The notes under the pieces: model-generated
The model's input: the letters and a program-made list of their open reading frames with translations, nothing else
Database searches by the model: none
What the model was told of the DNA's origin: nothing
Shown here: piece after piece, positions 1 to 9,536 of the stretch
Position numbering within the stretch: position 1 is the stretch's first letter
Layout: every line of letters begins with the position of its first letter
Translations under genes and position numbers: made by a program
Source of the DNA: a bacterium
GTDB taxonomy: Bacteria; Patescibacteriota; Doudnabacteria; UBA920
Direction of reading: 5' to 3'
Length of the DNA stretch: 64,000 nt
NCBI GenBank assembly: GCA_016699995.1
Contig: CP064996.1
Coordinates: forward strand, 202,357-266,356

Positions 1-183
1 AAGCGCAATATTCAAACTCCTTCGGACATTTTTAAAGAGATTGATCGCGTGACCTCGGTTCAGGTTCAAAAGCTAGCTAAAGAGTTATTTGATTCAAAAA
101 AGCTAAGCATTGCCGTTGTTGGACCGTATCCAAAAACTATGGAAAAGAAATTATTAACCATTGCAAATAAGTGGTCAAGTTAA
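1..183 (+). CDS. C-terminal fragment of an upstream gene cut by the window edge; tail resembles M16/insulinase-family peptidase C-termini
   Basis: Frame 1 is open from nt 1 to TAA at 181-183 (...LSIAVVGPYPKTMEKKLLTIANKWSS*). There is no start codon in the window. Confidence 0.3.
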   Translation, partial: KRNIQTPSDIFKEIDRVTSVQVQKLAKELFDSKKLSIAVVGPYPKTMEKKLLTIANKWSS

Positions 184-1103
184 GCGTGCGCACCGATGCT
201 AAATCTGCTGGTGCAAAAGTAGCAGCCAAGGCCGCAGCGAAGACTGTAGGTAAAAACTTACCGCTGATCGGTTGTCATGTTTCCATTGCCGGAGGTTTGC
301 AGAACGCGCCAGCGCGGGCTGCGGAATTAGGCTGCGAAACTTTTCAAATTTTTTCCCGCAGCCCGCGCGGCGGCACTGCTCCTGCTATCACAACAGATAT
401 GGAGAAAGAGTTTGCTGCCGAAATGGAAAAATATGGTTTTAAAAATTTTGTTATCCACGCGCCATATATTTTGAATTTCGGGTCTAAAAATCCGCGGTCG
501 TACAACGGATCTATTTCTTTAGTTCGCACCGACCTCGAGCGCGGCAGCCAGCTTGGCGCCAGCTACGTGATGTTCCACCCAGGCAGCTTTAAGGACCTTG
601 GTCCCAAACTCGGCATGAAGCAGGCTCAAGATGGTCTCAAAAAGGTCTTAGATGGGTACAAGGGCACCACTAAGCTCTTAATAGAGATCTCTGCCGGCGC
701 CGGTGAAGTGATCGGCGATACTTTTGAAGAAATCGCCGAGCTCATGGCACCGATCGCCAAGAACAAGGCCTTTGGCGGGGTCTGTTTCGACACTCAGCAC
801 GCCTTTGGCAGCGGTTACGATATCAGCAACGCTAAAGGTGTAGAGGATACTTTCAAAAAATTCGATAAAATAATTGGTTTGAAGTATTTGGCTATGTGCC
901 ATGTGAATGATTCCAAGGTAGAATTGGGTGCGCGTAAGGATCGTCATGAGCATATCGACGAGGGTTATATCGGCAAGGCCGGCTTTAAAGCGATCTTAGA
1001 CTTCTTTAAGAAAAAAAAGATGGCCATTCCCTTGATTCTCGAAACTGAGCATGATAAAGTTGAGAAAGATATTAAATTACTCAAGGATTTGCGAGGAAAG
1101 TAG
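171..1103 (+). CDS. nfo: Endonuclease IV (AP endonuclease family 2) with a Lys/Ala-rich N-terminal tail
   Basis: 310-aa ORF with a GTG start. Motifs HVSIAGG and IHAPYILNFGS and metal-ligand spacing match Nfo. The first ~28 aa (KSAGAKVAAKAAAKTVGK) lie outside the TIM-barrel core. Confidence 0.85.
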   Translation: MVKLSVRTDAKSAGAKVAAKAAAKTVGKNLPLIGCHVSIAGGLQNAPARAAELGCETFQIFSRSPRGGTAPAITTDMEKEFAAEMEKYGFKNFVIHAPYILNFGSKNPRSYNGSISLVRTDLERGSQLGASYVMFHPGSFKDLGPKLGMKQAQDGLKKVLDGYKGTTKLLIEISAGAGEVIGDTFEEIAELMAPIAKNKAFGGVCFDTQHAFGSGYDISNAKGVEDTFKKFDKIIGLKYLAMCHVNDSKVELGARKDRHEHIDEGYIGKAGFKAILDFFKKKKMAIPLILETEHDKVEKDIKLLKDLRGK

Positions 1104-1142
1104 TCCGAGCAAGTCAGGAAATAAAAGAAAGGTCAATCTATT

Positions 1143-1406
1143 ATGGGGATTTTTAGGGAGATATTTGGCGGCTCAGAAAAAAACGCAGAATTCGTAGCGC
1201 CAGAACAAACTTCAGCAGCAGAAACAAAGATTAATCCGGAGAATAAGCAAGAGATCTTGCCAGATTCTGCTAATTTTACAGCCGAAACAGGCAAAGCTGT
1301 TGCCAGCGTAGAAACCGTTGAAGAAATCCCAGAGGCTAAAAATGGCCTGGAAGCACTACTCAATATGATGGATCGGCATAACGAAGAGTTGCCGACACAG
1401 AACTAA
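1143..1406 (+). CDS. small acidic hypothetical protein
   Basis: 87-aa ORF with no recognisable motif. Confidence 0.3.
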   Translation: MGIFREIFGGSEKNAEFVAPEQTSAAETKINPENKQEILPDSANFTAETGKAVASVETVEEIPEAKNGLEALLNMMDRHNEELPTQN

Positions 1407-1410
1407 ATAT

Positions 1411-1641
1411 ATGGACGAAAAATTACAGAAGATTATTGATTTAATCGAACAATCAGCACTTGATCGCACGATCAAGGATATTCTCATTAGAGACCTCCAA
1501 AACGAAGGCCTTACAGATTTTTTACGTGAGCAAATTAAAGCTTACTGTTTGGAAGGCATGAAGCAGCTCGACGCAAGAATGGAAGCCGCTAAAGCTGCAT
1601 TAGAATCACCTCCGGAACCAACTCCAGAAAACCCAGCCTAA
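1411..1641 (+). CDS. small hypothetical protein
   Basis: 76-aa ORF closely following the previous one and followed by an intrinsic terminator. Confidence 0.35.
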   Translation: MDEKLQKIIDLIEQSALDRTIKDILIRDLQNEGLTDFLREQIKAYCLEGMKQLDARMEAAKAALESPPEPTPENPA

Positions 1642-1654
1642 GCTGGGTTTTTTT
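1632..1654 (+). terminator. Rho-independent terminator
   Basis: cccagc-ctaa-gctggg stem-loop followed by T7. Confidence 0.55.
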
Positions 1655-1713
1655 AATTCTTTACACAGTTACAGAGTTAGTATATACTTCTGGGTAATCT
1701 TTAGGGGGAAAAT

Positions 1714-2133
1714 ATGAGAAATTTAATACTGACTGTGATGCCTCTGGTTTTGGTTGTGATTTCCGGAATTGTCGGTTTTCGGCTGTTTCCTAAACTGGAA
1801 CCCATGTTTCCTTATGCTTCAGATAGTTTTTGGCACTGCGTGCTAGCGGGTTCTGTTCTTGGGGCTATAAGTACAGTTTATGGCGTATTTATAGTTCCGT
1901 TTGTTCTCATTAGGGTTAGGGATTTTGCTGATGCACGGTTTGGCGGTCGCACTAGCGGTTTGAGCGGAGCACTGTACATTTTCAATGTTGTGGTTTGGGC
2001 GACTTTTGCGGCCCCGGGATTATACTGTATAGCGGTAATAATGGGTGGTCTTCCCTCGGGATCGGCATTAGTCAGTTGTGTTGCTACGGTTATATTCGGG
2101 CTGGTATTTTTCCTTTACCCGAGAAAAGATTGA
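1714..2133 (+). CDS. hypothetical integral membrane protein (about 4 TM)
   Basis: 139 aa with strongly hydrophobic segments; RBS-like ggggga upstream. Confidence 0.4.
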   Translation: MRNLILTVMPLVLVVISGIVGFRLFPKLEPMFPYASDSFWHCVLAGSVLGAISTVYGVFIVPFVLIRVRDFADARFGGRTSGLSGALYIFNVVVWATFAAPGLYCIAVIMGGLPSGSALVSCVATVIFGLVFFLYPRKD

Positions 2134-2193
2134 TAAGCTACTACGGTAGCTTTTTTATTTTGGCTTTGGATAAAAATTCGCTATAATCAAGGC

Positions 2194-3210
2194 ATGAATT
2201 ACTCATTAGACTATTCAACCAAGGTCATTCTCCGGGTGGTGGCTGTTCTGCTCATCCTGGGGTTTCTATGGGTGATCCGCGACATTGTAGTTGTGGTGTT
2301 GCTGGCTTTGGTGCTGGCTTCTGCTATGGAGCCAATGGTTGACTACCTGACTAAATTTAAAATTCCACGGTTCGTGAGCGTGCTCGGCGCATATATTATC
2401 GTCATAGGATTTTTCGGTCTGCTGGTAACTTTATTTTCTCCACTGGTCATTGATCAGGCTAAAGTATTGTCTCAAAATCTTCCGACGTATGCCGTAGAGC
2501 TTCAGGCTCGTTATCCGAGCCTAACGGTTTTGTTTGGCGGTGCTGACTTAGCGACAGTGGCCCAGAATTTAGTTTTAGGCGAAAGTGGTAGCGGTTTATT
2601 ATTTGGCCGTGCGGTGGGTTTGTTTAACGGAGTTGTGGCTCTGGTTACCGTATTGGTGATTTCTTTCTATTTGGTAGCAGCCGACAGAGGTATGAAAAAA
2701 TTTATTGGCGATTTGCTGCCTACTCAATATCACAATAGCGTGATCCGCTTAATAGAAAAGATTCAGCGCAAAATGGGGATGTGGGTGGTTGGCCAGCTTA
2801 TTTTAAGTATTTTTATTTTTGTACTTACTTATGTCGGCTTAACTATCTTAGGTGTTGAGTATGCACTAGTCTTAGCGCTTATTGCGGGTGCCCTGGAAAT
2901 AGTGCCGTACATTGGTCCGTTTGTAGCGGCCATTCCGGCAGTATTCTTTGCTATGGTTCAAAGCCCGGCGTTAGTGATTGGCGTAATTATTCTATACATC
3001 ATTATCCAAAAGACCGAAGGTTATGTTTTGGTTCCAAAAGTAATGGAAAAAACCGTAGGCACATCGCCTTTGGTGGTGATGCTATCCCTTCTTATTGGTT
3101 ATAAGTTAGCCGGCATTTTAGGCGTTTTGCTCGCTGTGCCTTTGGCGGGTGCTATTACAGTAGTTATTAAAGAGCTTTATCATGAAAAACCCGTGCAGCC
3201 AGACGTTTAA
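2194..3210 (+). CDS. AI-2E family transporter (PerM/YhhT-like, UPF0118)
   Basis: 338 aa, polytopic, with the family-typical N-terminal basic region and TM pattern. Confidence 0.75.
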   Translation: MNYSLDYSTKVILRVVAVLLILGFLWVIRDIVVVVLLALVLASAMEPMVDYLTKFKIPRFVSVLGAYIIVIGFFGLLVTLFSPLVIDQAKVLSQNLPTYAVELQARYPSLTVLFGGADLATVAQNLVLGESGSGLLFGRAVGLFNGVVALVTVLVISFYLVAADRGMKKFIGDLLPTQYHNSVIRLIEKIQRKMGMWVVGQLILSIFIFVLTYVGLTILGVEYALVLALIAGALEIVPYIGPFVAAIPAVFFAMVQSPALVIGVIILYIIIQKTEGYVLVPKVMEKTVGTSPLVVMLSLLIGYKLAGILGVLLAVPLAGAITVVIKELYHEKPVQPDV

Positions 3211-3289
3211 TCAACTTGTTGGCCACGGTATAAAAAGATATAATGAAAGAGCTCAAACATGAGCTTTTTCTTAATTTATAAGGCAGAAT

Positions 3290-4735
3290 ATGGCAGAAAA
3301 TCATTCTAAATTTTATATTACGACCGCGATAGATTACATCAACGGCAAGCCTCACATTGGCCACTCATACGAGAAAGTCGCCAGTGATGTTTTAGCGCGT
3401 TATCATCGCGCAAAAGGCGACAACGTCCGTTTTTTAACCGGCACTGATGAACACGGCGCGAAGATTTCAGAATACGCAAAAGATTCCGGATTAGGACTGC
3501 AAGATTTCGCAGACAAAACTGCAGCAGGTTTTAAACTGGCTTGGGATAATCTGAATTTGTCTTACGACCGCTTTATACGCACTACCGACAGCGATCATAT
3601 TAAAATTGTGGAGGAGTTGGTCGCTAAAATTCGCGATAATGGCTATTTGTATGAGGGGGACTACGAAGGTTTGTATTGTGTTGGGCACGAAGCATTTTTG
3701 ACAGAAAAGGATTTAGTCGACGGCGTGTGCCCCGATCATAAAACCAGGCCCGAACTTATTAAAGAAAAAAACTGGTTCTTCAAACTGGCAGAAGGAGTCA
3801 ATGGTCAGCCGCCGCTTACAGAAACCATCAAGCAGAAAATTGAATCGAACGAGTTTTTAATCTACCCGGAACATTCGCGCAAAGAAATTTTGTCGATGTT
3901 AGACGAAGGTTTTCGAGATATTGCCGTAACGCGCCCTAACGTGAAATGGGGGATTCCGGTACCTTGGGATACAGAGCAAACTATTTATGTCTGGGTTGAT
4001 GCATTAATCAACTACTATACTGGCGCCAAAGCAGAGAATGAGGATTTTTGGCCGGCGGATGTTCATATGGTTGGACCAGATATTGCTAAATTCCATTGCA
4101 TTATCTGGCCGGCATTGCTTTTGGCAGCGGGTTTGGCTTTGCCAAAAGCAGTTGCTGTTCATGGTTTCTTGACCCTGAACAATCAAAAGCTGTCTAAGAC
4201 TACTGGCAATATCGTTGACCCAAATGATTGGGTGGCAAAGTATGGTGCAGATTCGGTAAGATACTTTTTAATGCGCGAAGTGCCGTTCGATAGTCATGGG
4301 GATGTAAGCGAAGAAAAACTTCGCGCTCGCTATGAAGGCGACCTGGCTAACGGTTTGGGAAACTTGGTAAGCAGAATTACGAATTTGATCGAAAAGAATT
4401 TAGGCGGAAAAGTTAATCGCGAATTGGCTGAGCAGCATAACTTGCATACTGAGGATATCAACAAAGATATAGAGCAATTTAAGTTCCACGATGCTCTGGC
4501 AAAAGTTTGGCAAAACGTAGCGTTAGCTAACAAAATTGTTGATGAGCAGAAGCTGTGGGAATTGGCAAAAACAGATTTGGAGAGCTTCGAAAAGTACTGT
4601 GCTTCGGTCCTTAATATTATAGAGAGAACGGCAAGCGATTTAGTGCCATTTGTTCCAGAAACAGCTCAAAAAATTCTCGATGCTGTTACTGCAAATGAAA
4701 TTACTAAAGTAGAGCCTTTGTTTCCAAGGGTTTAG
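3290..4735 (+). CDS. metG: Methionyl-tRNA synthetase, short form
   Basis: Class I HIGH-like motif (KPHIGHSYE), KMSKS variant KLSKTTGN, and conserved MetRS core blocks. Confidence 0.9.
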   Translation: MAENHSKFYITTAIDYINGKPHIGHSYEKVASDVLARYHRAKGDNVRFLTGTDEHGAKISEYAKDSGLGLQDFADKTAAGFKLAWDNLNLSYDRFIRTTDSDHIKIVEELVAKIRDNGYLYEGDYEGLYCVGHEAFLTEKDLVDGVCPDHKTRPELIKEKNWFFKLAEGVNGQPPLTETIKQKIESNEFLIYPEHSRKEILSMLDEGFRDIAVTRPNVKWGIPVPWDTEQTIYVWVDALINYYTGAKAENEDFWPADVHMVGPDIAKFHCIIWPALLLAAGLALPKAVAVHGFLTLNNQKLSKTTGNIVDPNDWVAKYGADSVRYFLMREVPFDSHGDVSEEKLRARYEGDLANGLGNLVSRITNLIEKNLGGKVNRELAEQHNLHTEDINKDIEQFKFHDALAKVWQNVALANKIVDEQKLWELAKTDLESFEKYCASVLNIIERTASDLVPFVPETAQKILDAVTANEITKVEPLFPRV

Positions 4736-4780
4736 ATTGCAGAAACAGGGCATTGTGAAATGAAATAGAACACTTATTGC

Positions 4781-5647
4781 ATGAAATTTATCGACACTCA
4801 TACCCACATAAATTTGCGGGCTTTCGCAGAAGATGCTGCGGAGGCTGTTCAGCGCGCCCACGAAGCTGGAGTAGCTATTGTAAATGTTGGTACGCAAATT
4901 GATACCAGTCGCCAGGCTGTAGATATGCTTAAGCAATTTCCAGAAAATGTTTATGCTGTTATCGGTCTTCATCCGTCACACGCTTATGATCATGGATTCG
5001 AAGACGAGCAGGAGGTGGCTGATAAGACTCGAGAAGAATTTTTTGATGCCAAACTGTATAAACAATTAGTAGAAGGCGCCGGCGCAAATGCCAGTCGGAT
5101 TATAGGAATCGGGGAGTGCGGCTTGGATTATTATCGCTTGCCCGAGGACGGAGATATTAATCAAATTAAACTGCAGCAGCTAGCTGCATTTACCGAACAG
5201 ATCAATTTGGCCCTCGATTTAAATAAAGCGCTTTGTGTTCATTGCCGCCCATCCGATGGCACCGATGATGCCTACGAAGATATGCTGAAAGTTTTAACGA
5301 AGTTTAAGACTGAAAACCCCAACCTCCGATTCGAAATTCACTGTTTTACTGGCAGTCTCGAAACAGCAAAAAAGTTTGCCGATCTTGGCGGATACATCGG
5401 CATTAACGGCATTATCACTTTCGATAAGACCGGCCGCAGTGAAGAGGTGGTCAAAGGCCTGCCCTTGGAGGCTATGATTTTAGAAACCGATGCGCCATAC
5501 TTAACTCCTAAATCTAACCGTGGCAAGCGCAATGAGTCTAGCTATTTGCCAGAAGTTGCGGAAAAAATTGCCGAGTGGAAGAGCGTAACAGTAGATGAAG
5601 TTGCAGCTGCTACCACCGCCAACGCAAAAAAATTATTTAACCTGTAA
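4781..5647 (+). CDS. tatD: TatD-family metal-dependent hydrolase/DNase
   Basis: 288 aa; begins MKFIDTHTHIN with conserved His/Glu/Asp positions of the TatD TIM barrel. Confidence 0.85.
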   Translation: MKFIDTHTHINLRAFAEDAAEAVQRAHEAGVAIVNVGTQIDTSRQAVDMLKQFPENVYAVIGLHPSHAYDHGFEDEQEVADKTREEFFDAKLYKQLVEGAGANASRIIGIGECGLDYYRLPEDGDINQIKLQQLAAFTEQINLALDLNKALCVHCRPSDGTDDAYEDMLKVLTKFKTENPNLRFEIHCFTGSLETAKKFADLGGYIGINGIITFDKTGRSEEVVKGLPLEAMILETDAPYLTPKSNRGKRNESSYLPEVAEKIAEWKSVTVDEVAAATTANAKKLFNL

Positions 5648-5661
5648 GCGGGCTGTCTAAA

Positions 5662-6441
5662 ATGAACGAACGCGACTTTGCCAAAATAAATTTTAACGAA
5701 ACCTCTCATCCCCCGGATGGCAGTTTTGAATATCCACTCATTGATAGCAATATGAGCCGGCAAGAGATTGAAGACTTTATTTTAGAATCGTATCCTGAGG
5801 CAAAAGAAGTCTTAGAGCGGCAGGAGATTTTAGATGTCAGATATCTAAATAAAGAAGGCAAGTTTTGCCAAGGGCAGATTGTTGTAGACAGAGAATTAGC
5901 TGCGGAAGTAGAGGATTTCTTTAAATTTTTATTAGATATACAATTTGGGATAGACAAAGTCGTTCCCATTCAGGACAAAAAATATTCCGGCGATGATGAA
6001 ACCTCGATGCAGGACAACAATAGCTCGGCCATGAATTATCGTTTTATTGCTGGCACAGAAAGATTGTCACTGCATTCATTTGGCTTCGCGATTGATATTA
6101 ATCCTTGGGACAATCCTGTGATAAAGAATGGGGAGATATTGGCTCCGATCGGCGGGGTTATGCCGAATTTGGATGACCCTCAAACTTTAACTGCAGAGCA
6201 TCCGGTGGTAAAATGGTTAGAAGAACATGGCTGGGAGTGGGGAGGCAGATGGGGGAATGATCGTTACGAAGATAATCATCACTTTCAAAAGCCGCTGGCT
6301 ACAGAACAATATTTGCAGGAATTAGAGAAGCAGCTGCAAGACGGAAAAATTTCCCAAGAAGATTTTGATGGTAGAGTTGGGGTAGCTAAAGCTAATTTAG
6401 ATTTAATTCAAAAGCATGAACAACGAACAGATACAGAATAA
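5662..6441 (+). CDS. Peptidase M15 family (VanY/D,D-carboxypeptidase-like) cell-wall hydrolase
   Basis: 259 aa; SxHxxGxAxD-type motif (LSLHSFGFAIDINPWDN) and a downstream His pair. Confidence 0.6.
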   Translation: MNERDFAKINFNETSHPPDGSFEYPLIDSNMSRQEIEDFILESYPEAKEVLERQEILDVRYLNKEGKFCQGQIVVDRELAAEVEDFFKFLLDIQFGIDKVVPIQDKKYSGDDETSMQDNNSSAMNYRFIAGTERLSLHSFGFAIDINPWDNPVIKNGEILAPIGGVMPNLDDPQTLTAEHPVVKWLEEHGWEWGGRWGNDRYEDNHHFQKPLATEQYLQELEKQLQDGKISQEDFDGRVGVAKANLDLIQKHEQRTDTE

Positions 6442-6470
6442 TATAGAAGAGAAAAAACAGCGCAAAAAAC

Positions 6471-6604
6471 GGGGAGAGGGGGAGGGGGGGGGGGGGGGGG
6501 GGGGGCGCCCCGGGGGAGTAAAAAAAACTAAAATAAAAAAATGGGGTGGGGGGGGTGGTGTGTATGTTAAAAAGAGAAAATTGTTGTGGGGGGTTCTTTT
6601 CCCC
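6471..6604. repeat. G-rich low-complexity tract with poly-G runs, including a roughly (G)26 run
   Basis: Directly visible: ggggagagggggag(g)n cgccccggggg ... tggggtggggggggtgg ... tgtggggggttcttttcccc, in the intergenic region between the M15 gene and leuS. Confidence 0.8.
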
Positions 6605-6666
6605 AATGGGTTCTAAAATCTGTTTACCGGTAATTAAAAGAAAATGGTTAGAAAACTATTACAAAA

Positions 6667-9513
6667 ATGAAAAAGTATAATCCACAGACAATTGAAAAGA
6701 AGTGGCAGGAATATTGGGCAACTAATAATACTTTTGCTGCGACCGAAAACTCCGACAAAGAAAAGAGGTATGTTTTAGTGGAGTTCCCATATCCCTCTGG
6801 AGACGGTTTGCACATGGGGCATTTGCGAAGCTATACAGCCGCAGATGTTTTGGCTCGCTGTTACAGAATGCAGGGCAAAGAAGTTATGTATCCAATAGGT
6901 TGGGATGCTTTTGGCTTGCCTGCAGAAAATTATGCCATAAAACATGGCGTGCAGCCGGCGATTACTACAGCAAAAAATATTGAAAACATTAAAAAGCAAT
7001 GCCAACGCCTCGGTTATAGCTTCGACTGGAACCGCGAAGTAAATACTACCGACCCGGAATACTATAAATGGACACAATGGCTGTTCTTAAAGTTTTTCGA
7101 GGCTGGTTTGGCATACGAAGCAACCGGTTTAATTAACTGGTGCCCGAAAGATAAAACCGGATTGGCCAACGAGGAAGTAGTGAATGGCCATTGCGAACGC
7201 TGCGGCACGCTTGTTGAAAAGAAAGAGCTGCGCCAGTGGTATTTAAAAATTACTGAATACGCCGACAAATTATTGCAAGGCTTAGAAACATTGCCCGAGT
7301 GGCCAGAGGCTGTGAAACTGCAGCAGGCTAATTGGATAGGGAAGTCTGAGGGTGCAGAAATCGATTTTGCGATTCAGGGCACAGACCAATCAATTAAAGT
7401 CTTTACGACTCGCCCCGACACCATATTCGGTGCTACATATTTAGTATTGGCCCCGGAGCACGAATTGCTCTCAGTTTTGCTTGAAGAAGAAGACAAGAAA
7501 CTGGAAAATTTTGCAGAGGTGGCTGGTTATGTTCAGCAGGCCAAATCAAAAACAGAGATCGACCGCAGTGCCGAAGGGAAAGAAAAGACCGGCGTTGAGT
7601 TAAAAGGTGTAAAGGCAATCAACCCGGCTACGAATGAGCAAATTCCAATTTTTGTTGCAGATTACGTGTTGGGAGGTTATGGCACAGGCGCTATTATGGC
7701 TGTTCCGGCTCACGACAGCCGCGATTTTGAATTTGCAAAAAAATATAATATCCCTATTGTGCAGGTCGTTGCGCCTAAAGTCATTGACACAGTAAATCCT
7801 CCTGTCGAGGGCGAGGAATATACAGCCCGTAAATTGGTTCATGTGATTGTTAAGCATCCGACTGAGGAAAAATTTATCTCTTTAAAATGGAAAGAGCATA
7901 AGTGGAATACTTTTGTGACCGGCGGCGTAGAGGATGGCGAAGATTTAATAGAAGCTGCAAAGCGGGAAGCACTAGAGGAAACGGGCTATAAAAACATGAC
8001 TTTTGTGGCACAAATGCCTTACATAGTCAGGGCAGAATTTTTTGCCAAGCATAAAAATGTAAACCGCCGCGCTGATGCCTATGTGGTTATACTTAAATTA
8101 GATGATTTGGACCAAGATCAAGTTGTCAAAGAGGAGCAGGATCTATTTGAACCGGAATGGTGGGATATGAAAGATATGAAGCATCTATCACCGGTTTCAG
8201 AATTGGAATACATCTTAAACTGGCTGGAAAATGGCGATGGGCCTTACACAGGCGAAGGTGTATTAATAAACTCCGGCGAGTTTACTGGGCTGAATTCTAC
8301 AGAGGCCCTGGAGAAAATGGCCGCAAAATACGGTATACCTAAAACTACTTACAAGCTGCGCGATTGGGTCTTCAGTCGCCAGCGCTATTGGGGCGAGCCA
8401 ATTCCTATTGTGCACTGCGAGACAGACGGGGTGGTGGCAGTTCCTTACGACCAGCTTCCAGTTGTGTTGCCTGAGGTTAAACAGTATGAACCAACTGGTA
8501 CCGGAGAGTCGCCTTTGGCTGCGATAGATGATTGGGTCAACACCGCGTGTCCGAAATGCGGAGGCGAAGCAAAACGAGAAGCTAATACCATGCCGCAATG
8601 GGCTGGCAGCAGCTGGTACTATTTGCGCTATGCAGACGCGCGCAATAATAATGAGTTTGCTGCTCCTGATAAACTAAAGTATTGGCTTCCTGTCGATACA
8701 TATTTTGGCGGCATGGAACATACTACGCTGCATCTTTTGTATTCCCGCTTTTGGAATATCTTTCTGCACGATCAAGGCTTAGTCCCGGTCAGCGAGCCTT
8801 ACACTAAACGCGTGCCGCACGGCATGGTTTTGGCCGCCGACGGCAGCAAGATGAGCAAGAGCAAAGGCAATGTAATTAATCCAGACGAAATCGTAAAGAA
8901 GTACGGGGCAGATACTGCGCGAATGTACGAGCTGTTTTTGGGACCGCATGAGGCAAGCGTCTCTTGGAGCGATCAGGGTATTACTGGAGTGGCCCGTTTC
9001 TTGGATCGTGTATGGTACTGGGTTAACAATATTACTCCGTCAGAAAGCAATAGTGAAATTGCAGACAGGGAAATCAATATTCTCATTAAGAAGATCACCG
9101 AAGACATTGCTGCTTGTGGGTATAACACTGCGATTTCTAACTTCATGAAATTTCACAATGAAGTCAAAGATGAAGCTATCACTAAACAATCTATGGTTGA
9201 TTTTATAAGGCTGCTTTATCCATTTGCTCCTCATATCTCCGAAGAAATTTTCGAGCTGCTCGGTGGAGAGGGAAGCGTGCAGCACCAGCCATGGCCTCAA
9301 TTTGATGAAGGCAAAATAGCAACAGCGACGGTTAAGATAGTAGTGCAGGTGAATGGTAAGGTAAGAGATACTCTAGAAGTTGCGGTGGGAGGTAGTCAAG
9401 AAGAAGTTTTAGCTCGCGCTATTCAATCGGAAAAGGTTAGCACGGCTATGGCCGGGAAACAGTCGACCAGGGTAATATTCGTAAAAGATAAGCTGATCAA
9501 TATAGTGTTATAA
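6667..9513 (+). CDS. leuS: Leucyl-tRNA synthetase carrying an inserted Nudix-hydrolase domain
   Basis: 948 aa; HMGH and KMSKS motifs, CP1 editing-domain blocks (AHDSRDFEFAKKY), and RDWxxSRQRYWG. About 120 extra residues after the editing domain contain GGVEDGEDLIEAAKREALEETGY, which matches GX5EX7REUXEEXGU. Confidence 0.95.
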   Translation: MKKYNPQTIEKKWQEYWATNNTFAATENSDKEKRYVLVEFPYPSGDGLHMGHLRSYTAADVLARCYRMQGKEVMYPIGWDAFGLPAENYAIKHGVQPAITTAKNIENIKKQCQRLGYSFDWNREVNTTDPEYYKWTQWLFLKFFEAGLAYEATGLINWCPKDKTGLANEEVVNGHCERCGTLVEKKELRQWYLKITEYADKLLQGLETLPEWPEAVKLQQANWIGKSEGAEIDFAIQGTDQSIKVFTTRPDTIFGATYLVLAPEHELLSVLLEEEDKKLENFAEVAGYVQQAKSKTEIDRSAEGKEKTGVELKGVKAINPATNEQIPIFVADYVLGGYGTGAIMAVPAHDSRDFEFAKKYNIPIVQVVAPKVIDTVNPPVEGEEYTARKLVHVIVKHPTEEKFISLKWKEHKWNTFVTGGVEDGEDLIEAAKREALEETGYKNMTFVAQMPYIVRAEFFAKHKNVNRRADAYVVILKLDDLDQDQVVKEEQDLFEPEWWDMKDMKHLSPVSELEYILNWLENGDGPYTGEGVLINSGEFTGLNSTEALEKMAAKYGIPKTTYKLRDWVFSRQRYWGEPIPIVHCETDGVVAVPYDQLPVVLPEVKQYEPTGTGESPLAAIDDWVNTACPKCGGEAKREANTMPQWAGSSWYYLRYADARNNNEFAAPDKLKYWLPVDTYFGGMEHTTLHLLYSRFWNIFLHDQGLVPVSEPYTKRVPHGMVLAADGSKMSKSKGNVINPDEIVKKYGADTARMYELFLGPHEASVSWSDQGITGVARFLDRVWYWVNNITPSESNSEIADREINILIKKITEDIAACGYNTAISNFMKFHNEVKDEAITKQSMVDFIRLLYPFAPHISEEIFELLGGEGSVQHQPWPQFDEGKIATATVKIVVQVNGKVRDTLEVAVGGSQEEVLARAIQSEKVSTAMAGKQSTRVIFVKDKLINIVL

Positions 9514-9536
9514 TATAGGTACATTAACTAACAAAC

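Noticed and set aside
6403-6616. ORFs 6416-6616 (+) and 6403-6606 (-) encoding poly-Gly / poly-Pro peptides
   Set aside because: They run through the poly-G/poly-C tract; the translation is a low-complexity artefact, not a gene.
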